This document shows positions 1-14,215 of a stretch of DNA of 64,000 nucleotides, in pieces. The position numbers and the translations under genes were made by a program. Below the pieces are notes generated by a model. It was not told the DNA's origin and did not search any database. It was given only the letters and a program-made list of their open reading frames with translations. This DNA is from Octopus bimaculoides (taxonomy: Eukaryota): positions 114,704,823 through 114,768,822 of the forward strand of contig NC_068982.1 in assembly GCF_001194135.2 (NCBI RefSeq). Reading direction: 5' to 3'. Every line of letters begins with the position of its first letter. Positions within the stretch are counted from its first letter, which is position 1.

Positions 1-712
1 GCGGTGGTGGTGCTGCTGCTGATGATGATGATGGTGGGAGAATGAAGGTAATGAAGACCGTGGTGCTGGCAGTGGTGCTGGTGCTGGTGACAGCCCATAG
101 CATCAGTGGCAACAATTACGTTGCCTCAAAGCAATTGGTTCAATACATTCTTCCGAATGCTCGTAGTCTTCCGAGGATGACGATAATGATCATGATTTTG
201 ACGACGACCACAACGACCACCACCACGACGACGACGATGATGATGATGATGAAAAGGAGGAGGAGGAGGGTAATGATGGCGGTGGTGATTGTGGTGGTGG
301 TGTTAGCGGTGGAGGGGGTGATGGTGGTTGTAGTGGTGGAGATAGTAGTTGTGACGGTGATGGTGTTATTGATGATGATGGTGATGACAATGGTGATGAT
401 GACGATGATGGTGATGATCGTCGTGGTGGTACTGGTGGTGGTGGTGGTGGTGGTGGTGATGATAGTAAGCTGGTTTGAGGTGGCTGTGGTGTTTGTGAAT
501 TTGGCTGTGGTGGTGGTATTAGTAGCAATAGTTTTTAGTTTGTATTGGTTGTAGTGACCGTGGTGGTGATGTAGTTGCATGTGGTATGATAATAGCATCA
601 TTAGTATGGTGGTGATGGTGCCGCCGCCGCCGCTGCTGCTGTTGACGGTGGTGGTAGTGGTGGTGGCAGTGGCAGTGGCAGTGCTGGTGACTGTGATGGT
701 GATGACGGCACT
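1..712. repeat. Degenerate trinucleotide low-complexity tract (GGT/GAT/GAC/GCT)
   Basis: Continuous in-phase G-N-N triplets. It produces the poly-V/T/P ORFs in the track. Confidence 0.9.
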
Positions 713-1447
713 GTCGATATAAATTTAGTAAAATGCGTTGGAAACTATAATTATATTAAGTGATAGTTTAGGCGGGAATCACAATAGAAATGGACGATTT
801 ACATAGAAATTGATCTAAATAACTATTGTGATGTTTAATGATATTCAAATTTTTTGAAATGTCCTTTGAGGTTCTTTTTATTGATATCGTTATTGTCGGC
901 ATTCTTGAAATTGAGAGTATTTATTATCCATCAATATGGCCATATTTCATGGGTTGAGTTGTATGGTTTTGATTATGTTGCTTCGAACGAAAATTTGATT
1001 TCATTCAAAATATCAACAATTGCATTTAGTTTTGAAACAAATGCATTATATGTATGAGGCAGTTTTGTTGCTTTTGTTTTGTTTTGTTTTCTGTGTTTTG
1101 TTTGTTTGCTTTTTTTTTTTGTTGTTTGGTCGCGGGTGTTGTTATTTTTTTAGTTTTTAAATCAATGAAATCTTGTTGATTGAATATCTTTTGTTTACAT
1201 TCCATAGTGGAAATATGTAGATATTTACCTTAAACTAGAATAACACATTATGTCGACCGTAGCTTGAATTAGACAATAAAACATTTGTCCTAAAGACTCC
1301 CTTTTGACATCTGTTTCCCTTTCCTTCCTTTCATGGATATATTTTCTTTTAGACGTTCAGCAATAATTATCTTGGTTTTGCATGTACATATGTGTGCATG
1401 TCTAAGTGTGTATCATGTATATGTGCGTGTTTATATACATACATACA

Positions 1448-1482
<35 letters not shown>

Positions 1483-2846
1483 GTATGTGTATGTATGTAT
1501 ATCATAAGCTTAAGCATATTGAATATTCACCATGCGTTTCACGTTCCCGGTTATTCCAACGATTAAAAAAGGGAAGCAGCATAACAATATATAGAAAAAA
1601 ATATTCGTAATCATATGAAAATATGATGAGTCATTTAACTTTGAATGATTACCAAACAACGTTGCAAAATATGCCACACATATTTTCAGTTCGTATATAC
1701 AGATCAAGTGACATATTCGTCTATTCACATGAAACATACGTAATATTTCCGTGTCTTCAGTATCATATGTGTAAAACACACTCGTCACTGTGTATATCTA
1801 GGGCAAGCATGGGCATACGTTTTAGAAGTGGGCCGCACTACTAAAAGTATTCAAAGTCATTTTTTATTAGATGTGCCGTTCAGAAAATCCCGCCGGCTGC
1901 GGTTTACCCATGACTGGTCTAGAGTGCAATGCTTTGTTGCCCTTTGTAATATATAGTAGTATCAGTATCAAAGTGTTAGCAGAAGCTGCTCTGCATTTGG
2001 TTGCAACTTTTGAAGATGGCCGATCCGAGATTCTACAAGCAACATCTCGGTATACCCTCTAAATGTATGAGTGGAGTCACAACTGCGTACAAGGTACAGT
2101 GTTCATTATTGCTGTTTTTAATTAAAATATAAATTGAAGCCAATGTCTTGAATTTTTTAAATTAGATAGAATCAGCTAAAGGATTGTGTATGTATGCATG
2201 TATGTATGTATGCATGTATGTATGCATGTATGTATGTATGCATGTATGTATGTACGTAGGTGTGCGTATGTATGTATGCATGTATGTATGTATGTATGTA
2301 TGTATGTATGTATGTATGTATGTCAGGCCACTCTTAATGCCACTAAGAACATGTAACCCGGTACAACCTGTCGCATGGTCGAACCGTCAGCGACTAAACC
2401 GGCAGCCCTACCAAGCTTGCTTGGTTGGGGGGGGGGCTCGTTGAACAGCCTGCAGGACAAGAAACGAAACCTGTTAAAGAACAGATGAACTTAATAGAGT
2501 CACTGGTCATCTAACTGCTGGGAGTGAGAAACCCCCAGTATTTCTTTAGATATCTCTCTAGCAGAAGGAAAACTCTGATGTAACGCCTACGACATCCATT
2601 AATGTAGACTAGTTCTTTTGGGGCAAATACATACGTTGTTTAGAGATTAGCAGTGACCCTGTGCAAGACATATATCACTTCAAAAATCTTCGGGTACAGG
2701 CATCGCTTGATTTTTAACATCTTTGTTACGTGCTGCCTGTTATGGGTGGCCGCAACTGAAAAAGGCAAAACACTCAATGAAAACTTCCATGATGAAATAA
2801 AGGCGCGTCTATCATGTATGCATATATATATATATATGTATGTATC

Positions 2847-2893
<47 letters not shown>

Positions 2894-3297
2894 ATGTGTG
2901 TGTTGCAGCTATCATGTATGCATATAAGCATACATGTGCGTGTGTGTGTGTGTACGCGCGCGCGTATATATGTACAAAAGAGATTACGTACTGCCAAACT
3001 CCATCCAAAATCCGTAGCCTAAGCAGGCTGCAAGTGCACAACAATCTGCGTTTCAATGGGCAAATAACCTAGTGGTGCCTGTCTCTTCTCCAGGTATGGC
3101 TAACCATTAGCTTCTCCATGTGAAGTTCTTCCGCTTTTGACAGATTTTTATATTTAATCCTGCTGGGTCTCACATGCTCTCCTCACCCACTAAACTTAGA
3201 GGAGTGGTTTAGACACCGATCACCCAACTGGGCTACATGCTACCAATTGTGAGTAGAATATAACAGGTACTTTTTCAGGTACCTGTTACTTTGTTTT

Positions 3298-3876
3298 CAA
3301 CATATTAATGCAGAGGTCGGAGAAATTTTTAACCAATTACCCGCAAAATATATTTGCTTACGCCGATGTTACCCCCTTGATTTGAAAGGAAGAAAATCAT
3401 AGATTCTTTGAATGCGAAAGGTTTATTGAAACTAGTTATATAGAGAATACAATTATAAAAACAAAAAGCATAAAACGAATGCAATCAAACACATTGATAT
3501 CCTCATTATGAAACGAAAGGATTTTTCTAGAAACTTTTTCACTTGAAGTTTTGTTACAATTACATCAAAATTGGGGCATTTTGATACCTGAGCAATTTGG
3601 ATACAGTCTTCGGGGTCCAATCTATTGCTCTGCTTTGCTTTTATGTCCATTAGAGTGGGAAATCCTTGTTTGTAAAGGTAGGTTGTTGCAAAAGGCAGTA
3701 ACTTTTTTGACTACCTCTTCAGGCCAGAAGAAAAATTTCTGTCGTAACAAGGAATACAATTTTTTTTATATATAATTTTACTCTAATGAGTCCTCATTAT
3801 CCCCAAGAATTTCCTTTTTTACCCCACTTAGGGTAATTTACCCTATTTCGCCGACCTTTCTATTAATGGGTTAAAT
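3298..3876. mobile_element. Possible old DNA-transposon remnant
   Basis: Imperfect inverted match between AACATATTAATGCAGAGGTCGGAGAAAT (left) and the reverse complement of ATTTCGCCGACCTTTCTATTAATGGGTT (right). Confidence 0.3.
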
Positions 3877-3949
3877 CTATCTCCACTTAAAGAAACAAAG
3901 AACGACAAATTTAGCAGAATTGTAACCCAAGCTCACGCTGATAGACGTA

Positions 3950-4340
3950 TATGTATACATATTCGCACAGACATATGCATAGCAAATAAATATAAAAGAC
4001 ACATACATACACGTTCACAGATATACAATGACATTTATACAGATACGGTAAACACGCGCGCACATACGCACAGACATGCACGCACATAAATATATTTACG
4101 GTTAAAAATACACGTATACACATTGAAATACATTTTCTCACACACACAAAAGCACATTCACACACCAACACACGACGCATTCACATACACACACGTAAGC
4201 AAGCATACAAGCACAATCACACATATTCATACACATTCACACATAAACACGGACACACACACATAAACACACATATACACACACACTAACATTCACATAT
4301 ACAAACACATTCGTACACATACACACACACACACACTCTA
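3950..4340. repeat. Decayed (CA)/(CATA) microsatellite field
   Basis: Dense alternating purine-pyrimidine runs. Confidence 0.8.
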
Positions 4341-4507
4341 AGTTCGTTCATACATCATAAACGCAAAGTGAATACTAATAATTGCTAACGTGTGGGTGAG
4401 GTGAATGCGTTAAAATATCAGTGTGTATGAATAAATGTATGTGTGAATAAATGTGTGCGTGAGAATATTGTTTTCCCTGTTTATATCAATATGTATATTT
4501 GTATATT

Positions 4508-4562
<55 letters not shown>

Positions 4563-4633
4563 NNNNNNNNNNNNNNNNNNNNNNNNNNNNNNNNNNNNNN
4601 NNNNNNNNNNNNNNNNNNNNNNNNNNNNNNNNN

Positions 4634-4684
<51 letters not shown>

Positions 4685-5269
4685 ATTTAAGCCCGCGTAT
4701 AATTAATTTGCAATTTGAAGTTTTAATGAATCTCTCCTTTGCCGACGTTAATTCCAGCCAGAACTACAGAGAGACTGTAAGGTGCGATATATTCCATATT
4801 TGTATTCAGTGAAGCTATGTTCCCCTCTTTTATATATATATATATATTTTTGACATCTATTGCACAAACAGCAATATGCATGGAATAGAAAGGAGTCATA
4901 TATTTATCCTTTCCAAAAAAAACAACTTATGTACATAACCTTAGTTATGTGAGTAAAATGTTTCTACCGCAACTAAGTGGTTTCGGGTTCGATTGCACTG
5001 CGTGGCACCATGGGTATATATATATTCTAACAAAGCCTTCTGTGTGAAATTTAACAGACAGTAAGTGTTTGGATGCCCGTTGGAGAAATCTGTTTTTCTT
5101 CTTTGGGCGGTAGCCTTAATTCGTCACCTTGTTCAAAATCACTACCACCTGGACATTAAGAACCTTTGGAAGAGTTCATTCTATTGCAAATATTCCTGCC
5201 AGGTCTGGGAATAACTACCTTCCTTTATCCCACTAGCCATGGGCTCTGCTGTTCCTCTTTCGCTTAACT

Positions 5270-5644
5270 GTTGTTGTTGGCACTCCGTCGCTTACGACGT
5301 CGAGGGTTCCAGTTGATCCGATCAACGGAACAGCCTGCTCGTGAAATTAACGCGCAAGTGGCTGAGCACTCCACAGACACGTGTACCCTTAACGTAGTTC
5401 TCGGGGATATTCAGCGTGACACGGCTGACCCTTTGAATTACAGGCACAACAGAAACAGAAAGTAAAAGTGAGAGAAAGCTGTGGTGAAAGAGTACAGCAG
5501 GGTTCGTCACCATCCCCTGCCGGAGCCTCGTGGAGCTTTAGGTGTTTTCGCTCAATAAACACTCACAACGCCCGGTCTTCGAATCGAAACCGCGATCCTA
5601 TGACCGCAAGTCCGCTGCTCTAACCACTGGGTCATTGCGCCTCC
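5270..5644 (-). mobile_element. Full-length tRNA-derived SINE (family B)
   Basis: Head GGCGCAATGACCCAGTGGTTAGAGCAGCGGAC...GGTTTCGATTC (Pol III A- and B-box-like), (CAA)n tail, and 11-bp TSD TTCGCTTAACT at 5259-5269 and 5645-5655. Confidence 0.85.
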
Positions 5645-6191
5645 TTCGCTTAACTACTTAACAAATAAATTCTTTTATAATACATTCCCATTATTTTCAT
5701 TTTTTTTCTGTGATTTTCATCGGTCACAAACTCCAGAAGACAGATATTATCGAAACAAGTATTTACAAACACGTACCTTCAGAGTCTTTGAGTTCGCTAC
5801 TAGGCATGTCCATTTCGAGGGTTTTCTTCTTTTTTTATTTAACATCATTTTTACTTATTTCCAACGGTTTTACATATCTTCCAACGGTTGCGGATAAATA
5901 AATTACATAAGAATGTGGTTATTGAAGGAAAAGATTTTATGAATGTGATTTTTCACATATAGGCTAAAATCTCAGGTCTGAAACTTTTGGTAACTGCTAC
6001 TGGCGTATCATTGTGTATATATCGGACATTTTCAACCGAGAGGTGAACGAGTGTCTCACTGTCCATGTGATATTAATGTTCCAGGATCATAGAGATATTA
6101 GAGGAATAACACTGGAATCTAAAGCATTGCAATTCAAAGCATATGAACTATATCGAGTTCTTTTTGGTCTCGTATATTTTTCCAACTCGGC

Positions 6192-6444
6192 ATAATTTTC
6201 CATATTTCGTATGTATATTTCGTGTGCAAGATTCTTGATGTGGATACGTGTGTTGAAAGAAATACAATTAAACCTTGGGAGAGGCATTATGCCGGTAATA
6301 AACACACGCACTGGTTCAGTCCTTTATTAATTTATATAGTTTTTAGTTAAAACTATATAAATTAATAAAGGACTGAACCAGTGCGTGTGTTTATTACCGG
6401 CATAATCCCTCTCCCAAGGTTTAATTGTATAATTTTCCATATTT
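6192..6444. repeat. 169-bp foldback (82-bp arms, 1 mismatch, 5-nt loop) between 16-bp direct repeats
   Basis: Arms 6262-6343 and 6349-6430. ATAATTTTCCATATTT at 6192-6207 and 6429-6444. Confidence 0.9.
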
Positions 6445-8885
6445 GAGTTCAAAACAGTGAGTATATTCTCTTCAAGTAGTAAAATATGATTTGTAGCATC
6501 ATAATCTGGTTAAACAGGGGAATACTTTAAGATTCCTCTAAAAAAAAAAATGGTTGGCTCTTTAAATTATCCATTTCTGGTTGCTTTCCTGATGATTCTA
6601 TTTGATGAATAAAGAATCAACACCAATTTATGCGTGCAGGTTTGACTGTGTACTTAAGAGGTTTGCGTCAAAATTACTTGAATTTTTGATTGGATCTCAC
6701 CGCGCAGGAATCTGGACATCTTTAGTCCCAACTCTGACATATTAGGAGCAATGCTATTCATCACTGTATTGTTACAATAATAGAATATACACTGCTAAAA
6801 GTAGTGTGATGATGAAAGAAACATACCCAAATGCAAAAGGCATTCCAAAATGCTTGAGCAAGTGAAACAATTTGCTTATTGAACCTATTCTAAACATTGC
6901 CCGAGCAAGCTGCTGCTTTTGTTGTTGTTGTTGCTGCTGCTCCTGCTGCTGCTGCTGATGATGATGATGATGGTGATGGTGATGATGATGATGATGATGA
7001 TGATGCTTCTCTTACTGCTGCAGTAAATTATCCCTAGATCAGCCTTGATTCAACAAATCTGTGATCAAAAACGTTGAGACCATGATCCTCCCTCTCGTAA
7101 GGCAAAATGTTTGTAGGACTATATATATAGTCATCGATACACACATATGTAGGATGTAGTTTCAATGAGACTTGGCTGCTATTTCTGATTGTTCGATAAC
7201 CACGTATAAGCTCGTAACATTTCTCTTCCGCTTAGCTTCTTTTTTTTCTCAACAACTGCAAGGCTTTCCATTTATGTACGCTAAACTTGATTGACCAAGT
7301 TTTCTCTTAGATAGCAAGAGAAAACCTTTTGAGAGTCTTGTCTTCAACAAATCAATCTGAGGATGGTGAAGTGTTCGTGGTGGGAGACAAGCAGAGATCC
7401 GAAACACACACATATAGATATATACATATACGACGGTCTTCTTTCAGCTTTCATCTCCTAAATGCATAAGGCTATAGTAGAAAACAGAGCAAGAACATGG
7501 AAAAAATTCGTGTTGCTATTGTCGCGATTAAATGGAGCCGCTTAAAACGGTCGTACTGCAGTACTATTTGCCATGTTGTTGCTTATTTTGATTATGCGTG
7601 TGTATTATATAAGTATATCAGATATATGCATACATGTATTATATATCAGCTTTTATCTTCTATTTGTTTCAACGATATGACTTCGGCCGTGCTGTAGCAC
7701 CGAATAAAATGGTTTAGGCAAAAAATCAACCCCCAATAATCATACATATTATTAACTGCAAACCGAACTAATGCATTTAACAGGTTATTTATTGTTCAGC
7801 ACTCGTTGTTGTGTATGGCCACAGCTTGTCTTTTTCATTTGTATATTTTCATCTGTTATCGTGTTTCTGTCTTCATTTGTGACCTATAAGCTTAAATTTT
7901 TCGTGGAGTTTTTTCTTAAATGGCTTAAACCCATCATTTACACATAATTTTGTTTGTATATTCTTTTTTGCTCTTGATCATTCATCACAGTTTTCTTCCC
8001 TTATTTTAGTTTTCATAATGCATGCTTTTGAGAGTTAAGTTGTACCACAAAGATCTTTCTTTAAACAAGTATTCCGTATCTACTGCGTTGATGTCAAAGA
8101 TTTTCATTAATATTTGGAGAAAATCATTAAAACACTTCTGCCCCCCAACTGAACGATTTTCTTGAAATGACTCACTGTAAAAGATCGTTTAGTGTTTGCT
8201 ATAACTGGAGTTCTAATCAATCGAATTTGATTTGGGGGGGGGGGGCTGTTAGAAAAAAAATTTTAAGTTATCAATGACGAACAATGAATTATCTGGATAC
8301 AAACTCCATTTGCTCTTCTTTTTTTTTTTGTTAATAAAGAGAGAGGAAGATATTTCTGGAGGGGCTAGTATTTGTCATTTTGGGAGAACCATTGCAGACT
8401 GATATGTGCTCGTAACATACTGAACCTTTCTAAAACGAATCAAAAAACAATGAACCTTAAACAGTTGTTTCTAGGTTAGACAGTTGAGGTTCTGGATAAC
8501 GTGTCGTTAACATCTGTCTTCTCTCTGTTGAATAGGAAACTACTGATTCAAAGCTAAATTTTCCTTTGTGATTCATTGTTGTATACTTTCAGACGGTTTT
8601 AGATGGATTTTTTAATCAAATGCTTTTCAAAAGTCACGAAATATTTTGTCTACTTGCTCTTCGTGATTTGGTATCTGCTTCAAGATAATTATGAATTATA
8701 TTTGAATTATTTCACATTATCACTGCAACAGAGTTTTCGTTCGTCGGAAATGTTACAAGTTTTTTTCGCTATTTTTTTTAATTTTTTTTACATGATATTT
8801 TTTACTAACGCTTTTATATACGGATTATATCACCTGAATTACTATTCCAGTTTATGTTGGATGGAGTAGGATTAATATTAGCTTC

Positions 8886-8931
<46 letters not shown>

Positions 8932-10997
8932 ATCTATGGGGATTACTTAATACAGTTTTGAAGTGTAAAGGTGATTTTTTAAAAATTATTTTTCAAAAAA
9001 ATGTTATGAAATCTTTCATCAGGATGTTACTAACCTTTTTGGGAAGAAGTTTTTTTCTAGTATGTGAGCACTTTCGTTTAACTTCTCTAAACACACACAC
9101 AAACACACACACAAGCACGCACGCGCGCGCGCGCGTATATGTATATATATATATATATTAACAATAATTCTAAGATAGAATTTATAAGTATTTAATACAT
9201 CGCTACGCACATTTCCACAAATCACATGATTTTGACATCAGAGTCGGTTTCCTTGGGATAAATATTTATAAATTACAGCCCTAGAACTATTGTTATTATT
9301 ATATTTATCCTGCATTATATCGGTATAACCATGATGAAACCCCGAAAAACTAACTTACTAGTTAGTATTAGTAGACATTAGCCGGCATAATGTAATAGGA
9401 GCTTTATTTGTATACCCCTAACGTTGCCATAAACGAATTTAAACGATATATATATATATATATATATATATANNNNNNNNNNNNNNNNNNNNNNNNNNNN
9501 NNNNNNNNNNNNNNNNNNNNNNNNNNNNNNNNNNNNNNNNNNNNNNNNNNNNNNNNNNNNNNNNNNNNNNNNNNNNNNNNNNNNNNNNNNNNNNNNNNNN
9601 NNNNNNNNNNNNNNNNNNNNNNNNNNNNNNNNNNNNNNNNNNNNNNNNNNNNNNNNNNNNNNNNNNNNNNNNNNNNNNNNNNNNNNNNNNNNNNNNNNNN
9701 NNNNNNNNNNNNNNNNNNNNNNNNNNNNNNNNNNNNNNNNNNNNNNNNNNNNNNNNNNNNNNNNNNNNNNNNNNNNNNNNNNNNNNNNNNNNNNNNNNNN
9801 NNNNNNNNNNNNNNNNNNNNNNNNNNNNNNNNNNNNNNNNNNNNNNNNNNNNNNNNNNNNNNNNNNNNNNNNNNNNNNNNNNNNNNNNNNNNNNNNNNNN
9901 NNNNNNNNNNNNNNNNNNNNNNNNNNNNNNNNNNNNNNNNNNNNNNNNNNNNNNNNNNNNNNNNNNNNNNNNNNNNNNNNNNNNNNNNNNNNNNNNNNNN
10001 NNNNNATGTATGTATGTATGCATGCATGCATGCACGTATGTATGTGTGTATGTATGTATGTATGAATGTATTCATTACGAATGTGTCGTAGCAATTCGAT
10101 ATCGTCGTAAAAGTGTTATGCTATTTCCAATGTTAAGACTTGGAATGGTAAAACGTTGTGAGAATGGCACAACTTATATAAAATTGGATAAACTCAGTAT
10201 GTTCAGAAGTGAATATGTCTTCACTTATTAGCGATCTTTTCACGATAGTAATGACTTTCTAACAATCCTCATTGTGTGTTGGGGTGGTGTCCAGGAACTA
10301 AAAGCGGTATTCTGGTGGGAACTTATTCTCTCCGTTCGTTTATAATTAGTAAATTAAGATACCCGTCCTTAATTTTCATCTCCACAATTTCTTTTATGTC
10401 TCATGATATTTTAGAGATTGGCTATCGTCAGTTTCATTTCAGTAGTTATTGTTACAGTTGATTGTCCCGAGATCAATCCTTACCAAAGTGACCAATTGGC
10501 CCCTTAAGGGTGACCCGGTGGATTTTTTCATATATAATAGCGCAGTTGTTGTAGCTAATTGCCAGGCCAGCTCGGATCCTGCAGGCTAATAATCAAAAGC
10601 GTTATAACCGTGACCAAATCATTTCTTTTCAGGCTTAGTGCATCTAAGTCAACATGATCTAAGATGGTAGATCGTGATTTGAAGATTTTGTTGCTATTTT
10701 TTGCAAGTCGAGTGACCACATAGATGCTACTGCCCTAATTTGAAAATTTGTTACACATTATGAACCTGCGTATGTTTCTTTGGTCATCCCACGAGCTTTG
10801 ATAGTATATATCCTATGACTGGAATGATATATAAAATATTAGTATGATCCCTACAGAGTTTGGAGTAAATGCTAAGAATTGCATCGAGAGGATCACATCC
10901 ATTGATGACATCAGAGTATCTAAAAGAAGATGCGAGCTAATTCCATCTTAAACAGTTCAAGAAAAAGTCACAATGTAATTTTGTGGAGAACTCAACT

Positions 10998-11321
10998 GGT
11001 ATTCCGTCGGTTACGACTATGATGGTCCCGGTTGATCCGATCAACAGAACAGCCTGCTTGTAAAATTAACGTGCAAGTGGCTGAGCACCCCACAGACACG
11101 CGTACACTTAACGTAGTTCTCAAGGAGCTTCAGTGTGACACAGAATATGACGAGGCTGCCTCCATTTGAATTGCAGGTACTACTCATATTTGCCAGCTGA
11201 GTGGATTGGAGCAATGTGAAATAAAGTGTCTTGCTCAAGAACAAAACGAGCCACCGGGAATCGAACTCACGAACTTAACAATAGTACACCGAATACCATA
11301 ACCACTAAATCACGCACCTTC
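10998..11321 (-). mobile_element. SINE family B copy
   Basis: Shares GTTGATCCGATCAAC...CAGCCTGCT...AATTAACG(T/C)GCAAGTGGCTGAGCAC with 5270-5644. Confidence 0.8.
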
Positions 11322-11590
11322 ATTTATGAAGAATATATCTTGTATTAAAAGAGTGGATGATTAGAAACGGTAGAGTGTCGAACTTGATACTTTGTGGTAC
11401 ATAGTTATGCTTCTCTAGGTTCTTAGTCAAACTCACACTATAGCATACTTTGCCTTTCCGTCCTTCACAGCCGATAAAATAGGTATCAGCAATTTACTAG
11501 AGTTCACTTAGTAGACTACACTCTTTCTTTAAAAAATTATAAGCTTGTGTTGAAAATTATAAATTTATGCTTCAATATTTTGTTTATGTC

Positions 11591-12040
11591 AAGGCCGCGA
11601 GCTGGCAGAATCGTTACTTCGCCGGGCTAAATGCTTAATGGCATTTCGTCCGTCTTTGCGTTCTGAGTTCAAATTCTGCCGAAGTCGACTTTGTCTTTTA
11701 TCCACTCGGTTTCGATAAAATAAGTACCATTTGAATACTGGGTTCGATGTAATCAACTAGTTTCCTCCCCCAAAATGTTAGGCCTTGTGCCTATAGTAGA
11801 AAGTATCATTGGTCAGCATAAAGGTGGCAAGCTGGTAGAATTGTTAGCACGCCAGACAAAATGCTTAGCAGCATTTCGTCCGTTTTTACGTTTTGACTTT
11901 AAATTCCACCGAAATCCACTTTGCCTTTCATCCTTTCAGGGTCGATTAAATAAGTACCAGTGAACACTGGGGCCGATGTAATCGGTTGACCTCCTTTTTC
12001 CGAAATTACTGGCCTTGTGCCAAAATTTGAAACCCATATT
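11591..12040 (+). mobile_element. Two tandem SINE family A copies
   Basis: Each has GCTGG(C/T)AGAAT.GTTA...AAATGCTTA...TTCAAATTC...CTTT(G/C)..TTT(C/T)ATCC...GTCGAT..AATAAGTACC. The central domain resembles the recalled Meta/MESC SINE core (not verified). Confidence 0.85.
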
Positions 12041-12612
12041 TTGCTTGTGTGATTAATGTCCTTTTTATTTGTTGTTTCATGAACGAAGTTTTGCATTTTT
12101 GTTTTAGGATAAGTACGAAATAAACAGATATAAGGAAAAGAGGTTGTGTGGCAAATACTTAATATTCGACTTAAACTTCATAGTTTTGAAAGTAGATGTA
12201 ACCAGCTGAGGTTATTTCTCGTGCGTTGGAAGAAAATTCTTTAAAAATTACCTTGCCTCAAACTAATAACTATACTCTCCCTTTCAGCAACGTTACAGAG
12301 AATATTACCAATATTAGACATGAAGTTTTCTAATATCTTTTAAGTGCAAGACTTTTCGTCATTTATCAAAGAAATGAATAGAAAAAGGCACTAAAAGAAA
12401 AAAAACAATAAATATCTTAATCAAATCAAATTACTTTCGTTTCGCTTTCGCTTGTAGGAGAGTAATATAAATTGTGACGTTTTCGTTAATTATTTAAGAT
12501 TAATTAACTTTCGTGCCAGATAGTTCAGAATGCGCGGGCGCACATACGCACACATACACACATACACACGCACGTGCACAGACACACACATACACACATA
12601 CGCACACATACA

Positions 12613-12662
<50 letters not shown>

Positions 12663-13646
12663 CACACACAGATACATACATACATAAAACAGATTAAAGA
12701 CGTAGCACATACATACATGCATACATACATTCATACATACATACATACATACATACATACATACATGCATACACACACACACATATACATACATACATAC
12801 ATACGCACTACAGCCATAAAGGATACTCATCAAACAGTGATCATATGAGGTGGTGGACCTATAACCCCATCCCAAGAGAAGGAGATTATTACAAGAGTCG
12901 TCATCAGTTCAGACGTTAGAAGTCTAATCAACTCGACATCCTCCGTGCAAAGAAGAAAGATAGTCGCGGCAGAGTTGCAGGAATAGCAATCCGACTTATT
13001 CAATTAGCAGCTGCACCAGATGCATCAGCTGCAATAGATGTAGAAGTAAGAGAAAGACAATGATTTATCATTACCGTTATTATTGCTTCTCTATTATGCT
13101 TTCTTTTTCCTCCGCTGCATTATCAGGATTGTTTACGTGTACTTCAAGAGTATGGTGTATTGTTTTATGTGAGTCTCTTTCAAGAATTCACTTTGTGATC
13201 GAACTCATATAAGATACACCTAGTTATCTCCCTTTTTTATTAGCATAAGTACAAAAAAAATTATTATTTTAACTGTTTTCTTATTTATTATTTCCGAACT
13301 ACGTTCACACGCTTTAACCATTGTAATCAATGTAAACATTCATATGACTGGAGTTAATAACTCACAGACGCATAAATGGAAATAATTAGTAGCATAATTA
13401 GAAATACTTATGCAGTGAAGAAAATCAGCTTAAGTTCAATGACTAATATTAATTTAATCAACTTGGAAAATACAAGAGACATCTCTGAATATGTTTTGGT
13501 TCTATTAGACTTCTTCAGTAAAGTTCCACTTCCCACACAGATATACAATATCATACATGTGTAGCGTGAAAAATTAGCATATTTAAAAAGACTAGTATTG
13601 TTTATAAAACATACTGTGAAGTGAAAAACTTCGATTCAATGAAATG

Positions 13647-13687
<41 letters not shown>

Positions 13688-14215
13688 NNNNNNNNNNNNN
13701 NNNNNNNNNNNNNNNNNNNNNNNNNNNNNNNNNNNNNNNNNNNNNNNNNNNNNNNNNNNNNNNNNNNNNNCAAGAAAAATAAGTTCAATAAAATTAATTA
13801 ATTGAATTTTTTTTTTAATATAAAAGTACTGCAGACGAGAGTGAATTTAGTCTTTAAACTAACTGGTGAAAAACAAGAGATGTCTCAGTCTTATTAAAAC
13901 TTCTTAGCGAAGCATTTCTATGCTGTAGGCTATATTTAAAAGTGATTAGTATATTGAGAGAACACGGGGAATGTAGTGACATTGTAGCTGAGGGAAGCGT
14001 TTCTGTATACTGTACTAAATATACACGCGGTACACATGTGTAATACAGGGAGTTAAACAAACTTTAATTAAATTACATTACTTATGCACTCAGTACATAA
14101 AAACTCTCTCTATGGTTATTTAGAATCTAAAAGTAGCAACCTAGCGGTAATTCCAATAAAATCAACTAACTGAATTTTAAAAAAATTAAACGATATAGTT
14201 AACAAAGAATCTTGT

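Noticed and set aside
42-601. Three long ORFs (poly-V/M, poly-T/I, poly-P/S)
   Set aside because: Products of a trinucleotide low-complexity tract that lacks stops in several frames; no domain.
5570-5644. tRNA gene
   Set aside because: A/B boxes are present but there is no closed cloverleaf, and it continues into a SINE body with tail and TSD.
9378-10094. ORFs spanning N-runs (also 19745-21004, 39170-39589, 52071-52463, 57824-59023, 63126-63497)
   Set aside because: Their length comes from X residues; the flanks are microsatellite translations.
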